64,000 bases of DNA from Hemiscyllium ocellatum. Lineage: Eukaryota. A program made the position numbers and the translations under genes. Numbering within the stretch: position 1 is the stretch's first letter; each line of letters begins with the position of its first letter. The stretch is from positions 32,598,468 through 32,662,467 of the forward strand of contig NC_083440.1 in assembly GCF_020745735.1 (NCBI RefSeq), in the 5' to 3' direction. This document shows positions 48,972 through 62,039 of the stretch, in pieces. Below the pieces are notes generated by a model. The model had not been told where the DNA came from, ran no database searches, and saw only the letters and a program-made list of their open reading frames with translations.

Positions 48972-51900
48972 TATCAGTAAAGTACAGCTAATTCAGGGGA
49001 CTTGACCATACTCATGGACAAAAGCAATCAGAGAACCAAAGAACAGAGCGTGTATATAAGGGGTACAAGAGACAGCGTGGATCAAGGCCTTGAAGAATTT
49101 AGAGATAGACATAAGTTTAAACTCAATACATTAGATGATAATGAGCCAGTTAAGATCTCAGTCCTTTCTCTATAAGCACAAGTTTAAGTTTACCAGTCTT
49201 GTCCAGGCCAGCATTAAATGGGATTTTTATTTGCACTGTGCACATCTCCTGATTTCACACGATATCTCAGTTTTGTAAATGCAATAAAATGCATTATCCA
49301 CCGTTTCAGCAATTCATTAAATAGAAGTTAACAGAAATAAACAACTTTCCAAAACTGTCTTTCAACAGCCAGACTGATACAATATTCAAAAAGGATCTGC
49401 ATGTACAAAGTGGGCTTGTCAGGGGGTTAAATCATTTCAAATTCGAAAACTAGATTCCATTTTAATTATATCAGCTGGATGTTGGATGCTCCATTAACAA
49501 AAGGTTCCTATATTCAAACGGTTGTTTGCAAATATAGAAATTGGATATTGATATAAAATATGACATGCTCTTTTTTTTGTGTTGCATACAACAGGATAGC
49601 TGCAAGGATTTTGATATTAAGGGAAAGAACATTTTACACTGAACAAGAAAAGAGTTCTGATGCTTTGGAAAGTGCACAATGATTGATCGAGATGTCCCCA
49701 ATGGAAATGGACTGGTCAGATGGTGACAGACAGTTAACAACTAAACTTTGTTAACTTTTCAATTGGCAGGTTGCCTGAGTGGTCAAGGTATTGCCCTTCC
49801 AAATGAGCCAGAGAATGGCCATCACCGATTTAGTCGAATCACATCAAGCATTGACAGTTAACTGCCAATCATCACCTGGTCCATTCTCCATGCCTTTACC
49901 AATTAGCACTCATTACCCAGACAGATTAAATGCTTTCTCCCTCCCCATTGGTATTCTTGAGAGTGTCCTGATAAGTACAATACTAAAGACTTCAATAAAA
50001 AAAACTTTATTTTCATCAATACTCAAATTTCCATGTTGTACCAGCTGGCAGAGGTGAAACTTCACTATAATGTATCAGGCCGACAATGAACTGATAAAGT
50101 TCTGCACTGGTCTCAGAGGGAATCCAGCAACAATGTCCTTGTGGAGACATTACTTTGATCCTATACAGCAACAATTTCAAAGCCATTGAGGAACAGAAAT
50201 AAATAGAAACAAACCACATGCACATACACACAGCACACTATTATGTAAAGTAATAGAGAGAAATGCTGCACAAGCAGGAAAACTAATTGTTATTCTGAAT
50301 AGTGAATATGGCACCAAAAGCACCCTTGTGATAATGACATTGGTTTGCAGCAGTTGAAGAGTTGCTTATTCTGTTCTGGGCCCCGCTCAGTTCCTACACC
50401 AGTATGTGATCATAGATTCAGATTGTTTTAAAGGCAGATATCAATATGCAGTTGCACAGTGGCAGGAGTACGGCTATCCTATGGACAGCACTAAAGAGAT
50501 CTCACAAACATTGGCTCTTTAATAAAGAAATGGAGCAAACCTCAGAGATAGGGAAATGTAAATAAATGAACCACTAACAAGATTTCATCCAATTCGATAG
50601 TAACTGATATCTGATCACCAAATTCAGCTGCCACTTGAAAGGATGCAAGAAGCCCCAAAAGGAGATACTCCACATTTCACTTGATTCTGTGTCACATTAT
50701 CACAAGAAAGCTTTGTAGTTGCCTTCTAGCAGACATTATTTTTATCCATAAACCACATCGGCTTGACAGAGAAGCATTGGTTGCGATCACAGATCAGAAC
50801 CGAATAGTGCAGAACCACATCATAACTCATCTCGAGAAGCTGTGTCAATGGGTGCTTGGGTTTGCAGTGCCTCTGTATCCTGAGCTTCGGCCCCAATCTC
50901 TCTCTGTTCCTTAGTTTTTCTGATAAGTTGCGGTTCCAGTCAGTTTGTATTTCATCATTGTCCCAGATTGTAGAGGTTTCAGTATCAGTGAGTTCACCAG
51001 TATAGCGCGTTGGGTAAATCAGCAGTGGCTCCACTGAAGAGGCTTTTAAATCCTGAGGCTCATAGTTATCCGTATTAATTGACCTAATAACAATTAACAA
51101 CATAATATTTGATCTGCTATATTTCCCATTACTGACTGCAATGAAGTTACTTCATGGGATACAGAAACTCACCAATGTGAGTAAAAACCTCTTAAACTTT
51201 GGGCAAAATCCAGGCTATTGACTTAAGAGAATAAACTCCATACAATAATGCAACAAAGAAAAGCAGATTGAAGTCAAATGATGCACAGGTTTGATGAAGA
51301 GCCAAACCCCTTCTACCCCAGCAGGAAGGCAAGTAGAAAAGTTGCGCATTTATATAACATCTAAATGCAATCTCAGAGTATCCTAAACATGTCTTTACAG
51401 ATCTCTGAAACAAGTGCAGAACCTCTGGGGCCACTGTCAACTACCTGCTATCAAACCCAGGGAATCATAGACGGAAATATCAGCATGTACACATGCAACA
51501 GTTTAAAATGTGTGTTTAATACCTCCGCTCGAGTAACTAGCAAAACTGTTTCGCGGTATGAACAATAAATGAGAACAGGTAACTTGGCCCTTCGAGCCTG
51601 GTCCACTATTCAATAAGATCCTGACTGACCCGATTTTAACAAGCTTATAAACCTTTCAGCTGATAATATCTCACTTTAGCTTCTCTTATGCTATCATTTT
51701 AGTATATTCCACTATATATCTATTCTAATCTGGAGAATAATTCTCCTGCTGTTAATCACTGATCCACACTGTACTGCTCTCCTCATGCACTGTTCTTTTC
51801 CTCAACCTATTCTTTCGAAAAAATAAAATAGATTGGAACAGACTCCACTGTTTGCTGGTACTTGACACAATGAGAACGATTGAAATATTTCAATACACTC

Positions 51901-52651
51901 CTTTGGTTGAAAATATAATTTGCTTTGATACTTTAAAACTGGTTCAATTTATTTTATATTTGCATTGAACGGTATATTAGTTTGATCCAGATGTTAGTAC
52001 AAAGTGAAATATTACAGCACTGAGCTTTGCCTCATTCTCATTTGATGGAAGTTGGGAAGGAGTGTTTTCTTACAGCAGAGAGTGAAAAATGAACAACCAA
52101 GTTGAGTAATAATACATGCAGGTTCTGACAAAGTCAACTTTCAATCAGAGATGTTCTATACAACAACTGAAGTACTTTTGATCATGTCAGAAATGTGATA
52201 TCTAATTTGTGTACCATGAGAAAAGCCGGAAGGAGATGATGACCAGATCATCAGCTCATTGGGATTCAGTGATAAGTATTGGCTGGCACACCAGGTACAA
52301 TCTCCTCACTTTAATTCAAAATAATAAGGGTCCCTTTCGAGGGCAGAGTGGCTTTGGTTTAATGCCTCATATACATCTGATGCGTAGGATTGTCTCAGGA
52401 CTGCACTGTTGTGGCAGCATCAATTAGTCTATTCTAAACCCGATGGTAGGTCTTGAACTCTCCGACTCAAAGATCAGCACACCACTCAGTGACACCTGAG
52501 CAACACCCAATACTCTAATAGGCGGCTTATTATTTACATCCCCAGGAATTAATGAAGCAATTTAGGGAAATTGCATTGATTCTGTATGAGATTCAAAACT
52601 GACTTATTATGGTAGAATGATAGTCTCCCTACCCCTAGATCAGTAGACTTA

Positions 52652-52689
52652 AGTTCCTGATGAAGGGCTTATGCCCGAAACGTCGAATT
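52652..52689 (+). ncRNA. Minimal type-I hammerhead ribozyme motif, intact core
   Basis: AGTTC-CTGATGA-A-GGGC-TTAT-GCCC-GAAA-CGTC-GAATT; predicted cleavage after C52684. Confidence 0.8.
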
Positions 52690-52782
52690 TCCTGTTCCTT
52701 GGATGCGGTCTGACCTGCTGCGCTTTTCCAGCAACAGATTTTCAGCTCTGATCTCCAGCATCTGCAGACCTCACTTTCTTCC
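52652..52782 (+). mobile_element. Family-A monomer
   Basis: Hammerhead followed by the family body ending CTGCAGACCTCACTTTC. Confidence 0.88.
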
Positions 52783-53584
52783 TAGATTAGACTTAGTAGG
52801 CTTAAATTCCTGTCCTACTTATTCCAGAGGCATGTCATACATCGCTGAACATTTTAATGTTAAAAAAGGAAAGCCTCTTCAACCAATGGGCTGTTGTCAT
52901 TTGGAAAGTGCTAATTAGGAATCAGCACTTTGAGTCACCTTTGCTGATTCTCTCTGTGTTATACGGTAGTCAGTAATTTCTATCAGTGTCCACCGCTACA
53001 GCTACACAAAGTCCTTTAATATCTCTCCTCAATGGGTCATTCTTCCCTTTTGAATATGGGCAGTGAGTACGCAATCCTATGTTTTCCTCAGCAACAAATG
53101 GCTGCCATGCTTCCAGCCTGCTGTCAGCAAGAGGTTAACTTGCACTGACAAAATGTGGCAAAACTTAGAATAACCCTCTCCATATTGTCCCAGGCTAAGG
53201 TCACAAGATGCAGCACAAGTCAGTGGTTATATCCAGAATTAGATAACCAGGAAGGATGTTCTCCACAGCTGGGGAGCCCAGAACCAGGGCTCACGGTCTA
53301 CGGATACTGGCTCGGGCATTTTGGACTGAGATGAGGAAACCTTTCTTCACCCTGACAGTAGTAACTCTTTAGAATTCACTGTCATAGAAATTGATTGAGT
53401 CCAAAACATAATAGATTTTTTTTTCTGGCGAAAGGAATCAAAGCTTATCGAAAGAATGATGGAACAGGTACTGAGTTGGATGATCAGCCATTGTCATTTT
53501 GAACAGCAGCGCATGCTTAAGGGGCTGAATGGATTACTGCTCCACCTATTTCTGTGACCATTCTGTGGCTTAAAGAGATGTGCT

Positions 53585-53960
53585 TTGTCAAAAGCTATTT
53601 TGATAGGAGAAAAAAAAGAGAATGTGTTACTGGCTACAACACAGAGTGACAAAACAATTTCAGATAATTGTGAATTGGACATTCCTCAAATTAAATTGAA
53701 CAATGAGGAAGTTCTGGAAAACTGCGATAAACTGCTGAGTTACCTTCCAGATGAAAATCGAAATGACCTGAAAGAGTTAGTACAATCACATGGGGAGATA
53801 TGTGGGAATAACCTGGGAATTACTAATCTTACTGCACATAATATTGATTGAGGAAATGCTGTTCCAATCAAGCAACATCCTATAGACTTAACCTTTGAAG
53901 GGTGGCACAGGTTCAGAAAGAGACTGAACACATGCTGAAGCATAACGTGGTCATACATTG
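53585..53960 (+). mobile_element. Ty3/Gypsy pol fragment (protease-RT linker)
   Basis: KLLSYLPDENRNDLKELV...HNID*GNAVPIKQHP, typical of the Gypsy pre-RT region. Confidence 0.7.
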
Positions 53961-55298
53961 GTTCAAACTTACTTTTTGACTGTCACTTTCTTTTCTCGTG
54001 AACTTAAATTGTCAACTTCCTCAGATTGAAGATTGAAGATATCATTAGGATTCTGAACATTATAAATAGGACTGTGGCACGCAAAATAAGGAAATTATGA
54101 CAAATGGTAAGAAACAGTCCAGCCTTTCCCTTATGTCTAGTATTTATGCAGCACGCTTCAGGAAGGTATTTGCGAAGGTGCACAAAAGGTACACAAAAGT
54201 GGTACCAGAGATGAGCAACTGGAGAACAACGTGGATAGTTTGAAGAAGCTCAGGCGGCTCTTTATGGAGAACAGAACATGAAGAATTCATTTTAAAAGTA
54301 TTCAAAATCATGAGGGATTTGGATAGAGTAGAGTAAAAGGGTAGGAGAATGCATTTAGATTGGAGGGTTGGTGTGGATTTGTTGGGCCAAGTGGCCTGTT
54401 TCCATACTGTGCGGATTATATTTTAAAAAGGCTTGAGAAGAAAAGGACACTGATTCAACTTGATCAGCAAAAAAAAGAAAACAACGGTTACAACGAAAAC
54501 TGTTTTTTAAAAACAGCATTGCTCAGAACCCGGAATGTTCTGCCTGATAGTTTAGTGGTGGAGGCAGCTTCGACTGAGGTCTTCAAAAGGAATCTACAAT
54601 TTTCATAAGGAGAGGTTTTGCAGTATCACATAGTAAAAGGACTTGGGAGTGAACATAGGCAAGTTCCTCTTTGAGAGCTGATCAAATCATTGCCTCCGAG
54701 TTGTTATCATTGATCGTTGTATAACATTGCACAAACTACCAGCTCACCAGTTATTTCCTAATGGTTTGTCATATCCTGATATAATTACTAACTTAGTCAT
54801 GCATGCAACTAAACTTACTTTGCAATTACTTCACTTTATCCAGGAGAACCTGCATTCCCATTTTCCTCACTGTGGGCACTGACAATGTTTCCAGAACTGT
54901 AATTCATCAAAGAGCATAAATTAAGTCATTTAACATCAGTAAACTTATTCAGAATTAAGTCCAAAGCAATTTAACAAAAAAAATCGCAGACTTGAGATTC
55001 AATATTCCAAGCCTGGTCGACTAGTTTTCCTAAGTTAGTCAATGACTGCAACTTTAATAAATCGCATTATTTTGCCATAGTGATAATAAAAGAACAGAGA
55101 TATCCATGCAAAGTCAGAATCAGGTGGAACAGACCTTTAGCTGATCATTGATCTGTTCAGAAATAGAGATTATAGACAGGAAAGGTCCTTTCAGTGTAAG
55201 TCTAATGAGTTGCTGCAGTTCATTCTTTAGAGTGTAAGTGCTAGGTAGCCCCACATTGTTGCTCAGTGATGGTGAAGGGAGTGGAAATTAGTTAGTTA

Positions 55299-56268
55299 GT
55301 TAAACTTGAATTCTTGCATTTGGGATGTTTCCCCTCTATCCCAGTGCAGACAAGTCTTTATTTGACCTATTTACCCCCACCCACCAGCTCCTGCCCTCAC
55401 AGCCAAAACTAAACGTTAGTTCTTTTGCCAGTCAATCAAACTGCTCTCTCTTTGATCATATTGAGCTTCTTGATTATTGTTGCAATTACCAGGTGAGCAG
55501 TGAGGATTCCAATGCAAGATGCATCATGAACCATCTTGGTCGTTTTGGTATGGGATTCTTTTGACTTCCACAGTATGTCTACAGTACACCACAATGAGGG
55601 AATGCACGGGTTGGGGTGTGGAAGAGACAGTACAGAATGAAAAAAAGAGAAAACCATTTCTTCAGTATGTCACAGTATTAAAGCCATTTCTGGGCTATGC
55701 AAGACCTTTTTACTGAAAGACAGGCAAAATTCAATGGACCATTGAAAAACTTTGGATGTTTTATGCTGATTTAAGATTGGTCTCTCAAAATAAGCCAAAC
55801 ATTTCTGAACCAGTCAAGCAGTTGTTTTCTGTGATTGTTCTCATCTGTGTTTGTGTTCACCACGCTGCCATGGGATGCCTTCGTGAGGCAATCCTGACAT
55901 AACCTTACAACAACTGCCAGCACTTCCCTTTCTCATTATTGGACCCCTACCATAGCAGATTTAATCTGATATTAGACCAAACTTACTTGCCAATTTGTTT
56001 CCTTTAGTTTCTGACAAACTTAGGTTTCCACTTAATTCACAGTGTGAGGTGTCAACATTTTCACAGCCGCAACTGGTCATAAAGTACCAGTTAAATCATT
56101 TTAAATATGTGCATGATCACAAAGTTAATATTTGGCACTTCTTATCAACATCGAGAATTTTGGCTGTGAGGGCAGGAGCTGGTTGGTGGGGTGTAAATAG
56201 GTCAAATAAAGACTTGTCTGCACTGGGACAGAGGGGAAACATCCCAAATGCAAGAATTCAAGTTTAAC
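55299..56268. repeat. ~110-bp inverted repeats (55299-55408 and 56158-56268) around a ~750-bp spacer
   Basis: GTTAAACTTGAATTCTTGCATTTGGGATG...CACAGCCAAAA and its reverse complement, few mismatches. Confidence 0.85.
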
Positions 56269-58235
56269 TTCCTTATCTCGGAACAAGAAACTCAAGGTCT
56301 TTATGCACAATTGCTAATTTAACCCTTACAAGCACAATTTGTAACTCAATGTTTGATTCAGAATCCGAATACAGTAATTTCTCATTATTCAAATTTACTG
56401 AATTTCAGTATTGGCTGTTTTGTTGAAAAGAGAATTTTATTCCTTTTCCTTTCCTGCTCCTTCATCCATTCGCAGTTTACTGAAAGATCTGACCATAATA
56501 AACCCAGGAATAATTACAGGTCTCTGACCCAGAGCAGTGTAATCACCTCAGTATTTAGGCTTCTGTTAGTTGATGACATCAGTGAAACAGTATGGATTTG
56601 ATGCTGCCTGTATTATTCACCATGAAAGTACTTTATAAGCTTGATTCAAACAAATACCTATTATTAGGGAATGTGCCTGACTCTGTGGATACACATGACC
56701 TCTGACCAACTTAAATTATAAAAAGTGCAAAGCATTCAATGGCGACACTGTATGGGAGATAGACCAAGGCGAGGAGACCAGGAGCTGGTCCCAATCCGTC
56801 GCCATATTTCTTCAAATATGTAGCCATATTTCATCAAATGTCACCAAACTTTGGAGACCCATGGCAATGATTTTGGAGTGAGTGAAGAATGGGGGGTGGG
56901 CGGGCTGGGGGAGTGAGGATGAGCAGGAAAGAGGAACAAAGCGAAGCGATGAGGTGTGGTGAAGGAGAGGAACCCATTTCTGCAGTATTTTCACGATGGC
57001 TCCAATGTCCAGAAATAGAACCTCAATGTAGATCAATGAGCAATTTCCCATCTCAGCATTTAGGATGGTGGCACTACTGTTTAAGACAACTCTGTCTCAA
57101 ATATTTAATTCCTCGGGAGGCAGTCTTGCAGCCTCTTGAATGTAGCTGCTGTTGTTTGAACTGGCATTTGTCACATCGCACAAAACATTTGAAGGAATCA
57201 ATGGTTCTCCAACATTCCCTTTCACATTGTTGTATTCCAAATGAAGCATAATTAAACCACATCAAAATCAGATCAAATCAAACTTGTTTCTCATGTCTGG
57301 CAAACTTTGATTCCCATCCTTCTGACAATCTGGTCTGTCAAAATGGCCCCAGCCACAAGTCATTGTGAAGGACAAATTAAACAAAGGACTTACATCTATG
57401 AATGACTTGCAAACATTTCAAAATAAACCCTGAAGATCAAAAGGCTCTATTGAGCTGATACAGCATTTTTTAATAAATGAGGAATCACTGTTATCACCAC
57501 GAGTAATGCAAATATTGGGTGGGGCTGTGGTCTGGAATGGTGGTGTTTGCTCTAGCACTGGGAGATGTTGTCAAGAGGATGTTCCTCCAGAAATCTTACA
57601 GAAATTCCTGCTCTTCAGAAATTCCTGTTCACATTACATTCTGTTAAAAAAAAGGCCACTTTCAAAAGCTATGACTGCAATATATGTTCGCTTTTTGTCA
57701 ACTTTCATAGTAGTTTGTAGGACAACATGGCCTGTTCTTTTTGAAGAGATGGGGGTGAGGGGAGGTGGCCGATGTAATAGTGTTGGGAAGCAGAGAGTTA
57801 GGTAGTCAATGTGTTTTCAATATGTTTAGCCTCATTGCACAGTCCAGTGCTTGGAAGTGAACAACTGAAGGCCTGAACAATGAAGGGCTAGAAATGATTA
57901 TTGGAAGACTTTGTGTTAAGGCATGCTCAATTATTCACTGGCTTTTAATTGGGAGGTGGTAGGATTCAGAAAATGGCAGGGAGGGAGTCTGGCACCTTCC
58001 CATTGCTAAGCCATGCTGACATAGACCAGTTCTCTTTGACATCTTGACTCTCCATGATCTCTCAGGCCAGCCTCCCTCATTTCCCTGATTTTGCCCACCT
58101 TTGCAGCCTCAGCAATGATCAGTATGAATAGTAGGGCTCAGAAATGTGCTGATCTGTCCTCCTTCTTACTGGAGTAGCAGTTCTTGAAGCTAAACTGAAC
58201 GTCAACTGATGAGTAACCCTCTTCATTTTAGATTA

Positions 58236-58318
58236 AAGTGGTGCTGGAAAAGCACAGCAGGTGAGGCAGCATCTGAGGTGCAGAAAAATCGACGTTTCAA
58301 GCAAAAGCCCTTCATCAA
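58236..58318 (-). mobile_element. Family-A monomer with mutated core (TTGATGA)
   Basis: Revcomp TTGATGAAGGGCTTTTGCTTGAAACGTCGATT. Confidence 0.8.
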
Positions 58319-59924
58319 TGAAGAATCTCTTCATTGGTCCCTGCTGGCAACTTAACATCTTTGGCATATGACAAAGCCTCCAGGTTTCAGTCCCAGCATC
58401 AGGTCTGCAGCATTAACTGCAAGCTTCCACCTAAAATGTCTTTTTATAAGACTAACAATAGAGCAAAGATTATATGCCAGTCAATAATTTCTTTATTGTA
58501 AAATAACGAACTGTGGAAGTTGACAATCTGAAAGAAAGACTGAAGTTGCTGGAGAAACTCAACATATTTTGCCGCACCTGTGGAGAGAAAGCAAAGTTCA
58601 CCTTGAGTCAAGTGACGCTTCTTCAAAGAGGTCTGAAGTTCTGAACAGGAGTCATTCAACTAAAAACATTAACTCTGCTTTCACTCCACAGATACAGCCA
58701 GACCTGCTAGCTGTTAGTAGACCGTCACACATTGTATACAGCTTACTTTTCAATGACCTTCTTAGTTTCTGGAGAACCAGAATCCCCAGCTCCCTTGCAC
58801 TATCAGCAGTTGATGTTTTCGGAGCTGCAAATGGTCATCAAGTGCCATTAAGTCAATTTAAGCAAACATTTACATTCAGAATAAAAACATTTTTAGAAAC
58901 TTGAATAGGAGTGTCAGGAATTCAAGCCACTGACAGTCCGGCTGGAATATGGAAATTACGGATGTAACAAACCCATTTCTTCAATACTTCACATGTGTTG
59001 CATAGTCTAGAAAAGTCTCAAATAAAGAGCTTAGGGCAATTATAGAAGGGTAACTAGCTGTCCAATTTCTCCATTTAAGAGCTTTGGATACTGGCTCTAC
59101 ATACAGGATTGACTTTTCCTCATCAATTGGTATTGGCTCAGCAATTGCAAACATTAATGGTGGCACAGAAAGGTTTGCCACCCTGCTATCATTCTGATTT
59201 CACCATCAGCACTTTAGATTGGGACATTTCATTCTTGGGATAGTGACCCAGCAACAGCTTCTTGATCAGGCCACATCAGCAACATGCCAACATCAGCATC
59301 ATGTCATCATTCACAGCAGCGCTAGCTCCAGCTCTCAGTCCAAGCAGCAGGGCTCCACCACAATTCGCAACATTATTACTGCAAAAGTCTTGTTTAAAAA
59401 TAAAACCGCCACAATCTAACTCCTCGGAAAAATACACACTTGGGAGGTAGAGCCCAGCAATTTCCATAATGTGCTAACTGTGGCCTGGAGCAGTGTATTT
59501 GACGTTGTTCTTGCATGTATGCAGCAATAAATACCTACATAACTTCACAGGAATTGCTGGTTCTCCAGCAATAACCTTTATTCCAAATATAATATTATTC
59601 AGGCGTTAAATTGCACTTTGGATCAAACTGACACTTCAATTTCTTCAGTTGTTCCCGACGACTATAGGTTTCATTTCCATCGCAGTTTGGATTGTGACAT
59701 TTGCTATGCCTGCAATTGATGATAAAAGATAAATGAAGTTATTTAAATGAGCATTTGCCTCCATCCCACAATTGTGTGCCAGCTGTTTAAGAGAATGAAG
59801 ATTCGGGATTCAGGACTGCAGCCTGCATTCAGCCGTTTGAGTGAAACTGGACATACTCCAGGTGGGTGACTGCAATAAATGTTCGTGATTCAGTTACATC
59901 ACACTGTAAATTTTTGCTATAAAT

Positions 59925-60035
59925 TCTGTGTTAGGATTGAGCCCTCCACTATCACCTGAAGGAGTGACACTGCGAAAGCTAGTGTGCTTCCAATTAAACC
60001 TGTTGGACTATAATCTGGTGTTTTGTGATGTTTAG
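59925..60035 (+). mobile_element. Family-B monomer, core deleted
   Basis: CACCTGAAGGAGTGACACTGCGAAAGCTAGTGTGCTTCCAATTAAACC, homologous to 26661-26832. Confidence 0.75.
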
Positions 60036-62039
60036 CAATAAATGGTGAATTTGTTCTTCAAAACCTTTGTTGCTGATGATAACAATTAGAGACAGAAATG
60101 GGATAGCAAGTTCTTGAATGTATTCGTATTCAGAGTTTAGAAACTTCAATAACAAAATGCAAGCAAACTTACAATGAAGTGTCTTCGATGTTCTCTCCTG
60201 ATACAATATTTTTGAACCAAAATTCTGAAGCCCTAATTCTAATGCAGATAACAGAGAGAGTGTAATGCAAATGGTCTTCCCTGCAGTGGTGTTCCCTGCG
60301 CTGCTCTGTGATGTTTCCTGCAAAGTCCCAAGAAAGTGATTTCCTTTCTATTTTGTGTACTCTGAATGAATTAATCACATATTGTTTTCAAACTTACTTT
60401 TTTCATGATAGATTTTGGAGTGTACAGTTTTCCATCGACCTTGTACTGTTAGGTGATCTGCAAATAGTCAGAAAAGTGCTATGCAGTCATTTTAAGCATA
60501 CACAATAAAATCATCATTATAAAACTGAAAAATTGAGTAAATATTTCAAGCGATTGACAGCTAGTTTTATAAAACTAGTTCAAGATTTATTACCCAAAAC
60601 CCTCATTGGCTGTTTGCAAGAGAAGATAATGAGGCTAGAATGTGGTAGCAAAGAAAGGGAGACACGATGCAACAAATTCATTTCTTCAATACTTTATACT
60701 TGCTGCAACGTCTCAAAATATCTCAACTAAAGAGCTCCAGGTGCAAATGGTGACTAAGCAACCAATTTTCCAATGTCTCCAATGAAGACCTTTGGTACTG
60801 TCTCCACATACAGGGCGGAATTTTCCATGTCAACTGGCATTTGCCAAAATTCTCATGAGTCAGTCCAAGCAGAGGGGAATTCAGAAGCAAAGCCCAACTC
60901 CCTTCTGCCCCATTATATTATCCTGTCAGTGGGGGGCAAATGAAGGCACCAATTGAGAGCCAACCGTGTCTGTCTGTGTAGTGAATAGGAGAGCTCCTCA
61001 ACTCCCACAGTGGGCCATGGCCTGCAAATCTCTTTAGTACATGCTCAGCAATATCCACCATGAATGTCAGCAAAGGAAAGGTCACTGCTCTGCCTTCACT
61101 CAGTTGTTGCTGTTAGCTCCTGGGATCATGCCATTTCAATAATGGTTTGTGACCAGGCAGCAACTTCTGTACTAGCTACTGTCAGTACCATGCCACCCTT
61201 GGCACTGCCAACCATCACGTTTGACTCCAGCTCTCAGTTCAACCAGCAGAGCTTCATCAGAATTCATAAAATGATGACTGCAAAAGTCTCCTGTAAGAAA
61301 GAACACTATCTTCAAACTTCTGAATGTAATACATCTTTTGGCGGTTAAGCTGACTGTGGTAACTAGGGCCAGCTACATGGTTCATGGCAGAAGGAAATAT
61401 CTGCGTAACTTCACAGGACGTGCTTGTTCTCCAGCAATTGTCTTGGAGAACATAATATCAAATGAAGTACGAATTACACAAACAAACAAACATATTTTCT
61501 AGCTATTGCAAACAATCTTGGAGAATTATATTTTCCATATCCCTTGCAATTTGGATTGCCAACCTTACCATGCCTGTAACTGGTCAGACAAGATAAATTA
61601 AGTCTTTGTGTTAGCATTTGCCTCCAGCTCCTATTGAGTGCCAGCTGCGTGAATGGCTGAAGACTCTGGATTCAGTCGTACAACTTGAGTTCAGCTGCTT
61701 TTGATAAACTTCTTACAATCCAGACGGATACTGCAATCAATACTGATTTTATTCTTCAACCCCTTTCAAAGGTTTGATGGACACTATAGCTGGTGATAAG
61801 GGTGAGAGAGTGATGGGATACGTATTTCTTGAATTTATTCATTTTAAGAGACTAAAATGATCAGAGATATGTAACACAAATTTGCAAGCAATTTGGAATT
61901 CAAGCTTCCTTGATGTCCTCTCCTAAAACTGTCTGTTTTGAAAAAAAACCGCTCCAACCCGAAGAATAATGTCGATAATGGAGAGGGAGTATGTGATTGC
62001 TATGGTCAGGAATGGTATTGTGGGAGATAGGTAAAGTTG

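Noticed and set aside
56739-56806. ATGGCGAC...GTCGCCAT as an LTR primer-binding site or hairpin
   Set aside because: Only 8-bp symmetry and no adjacent LTR recognised
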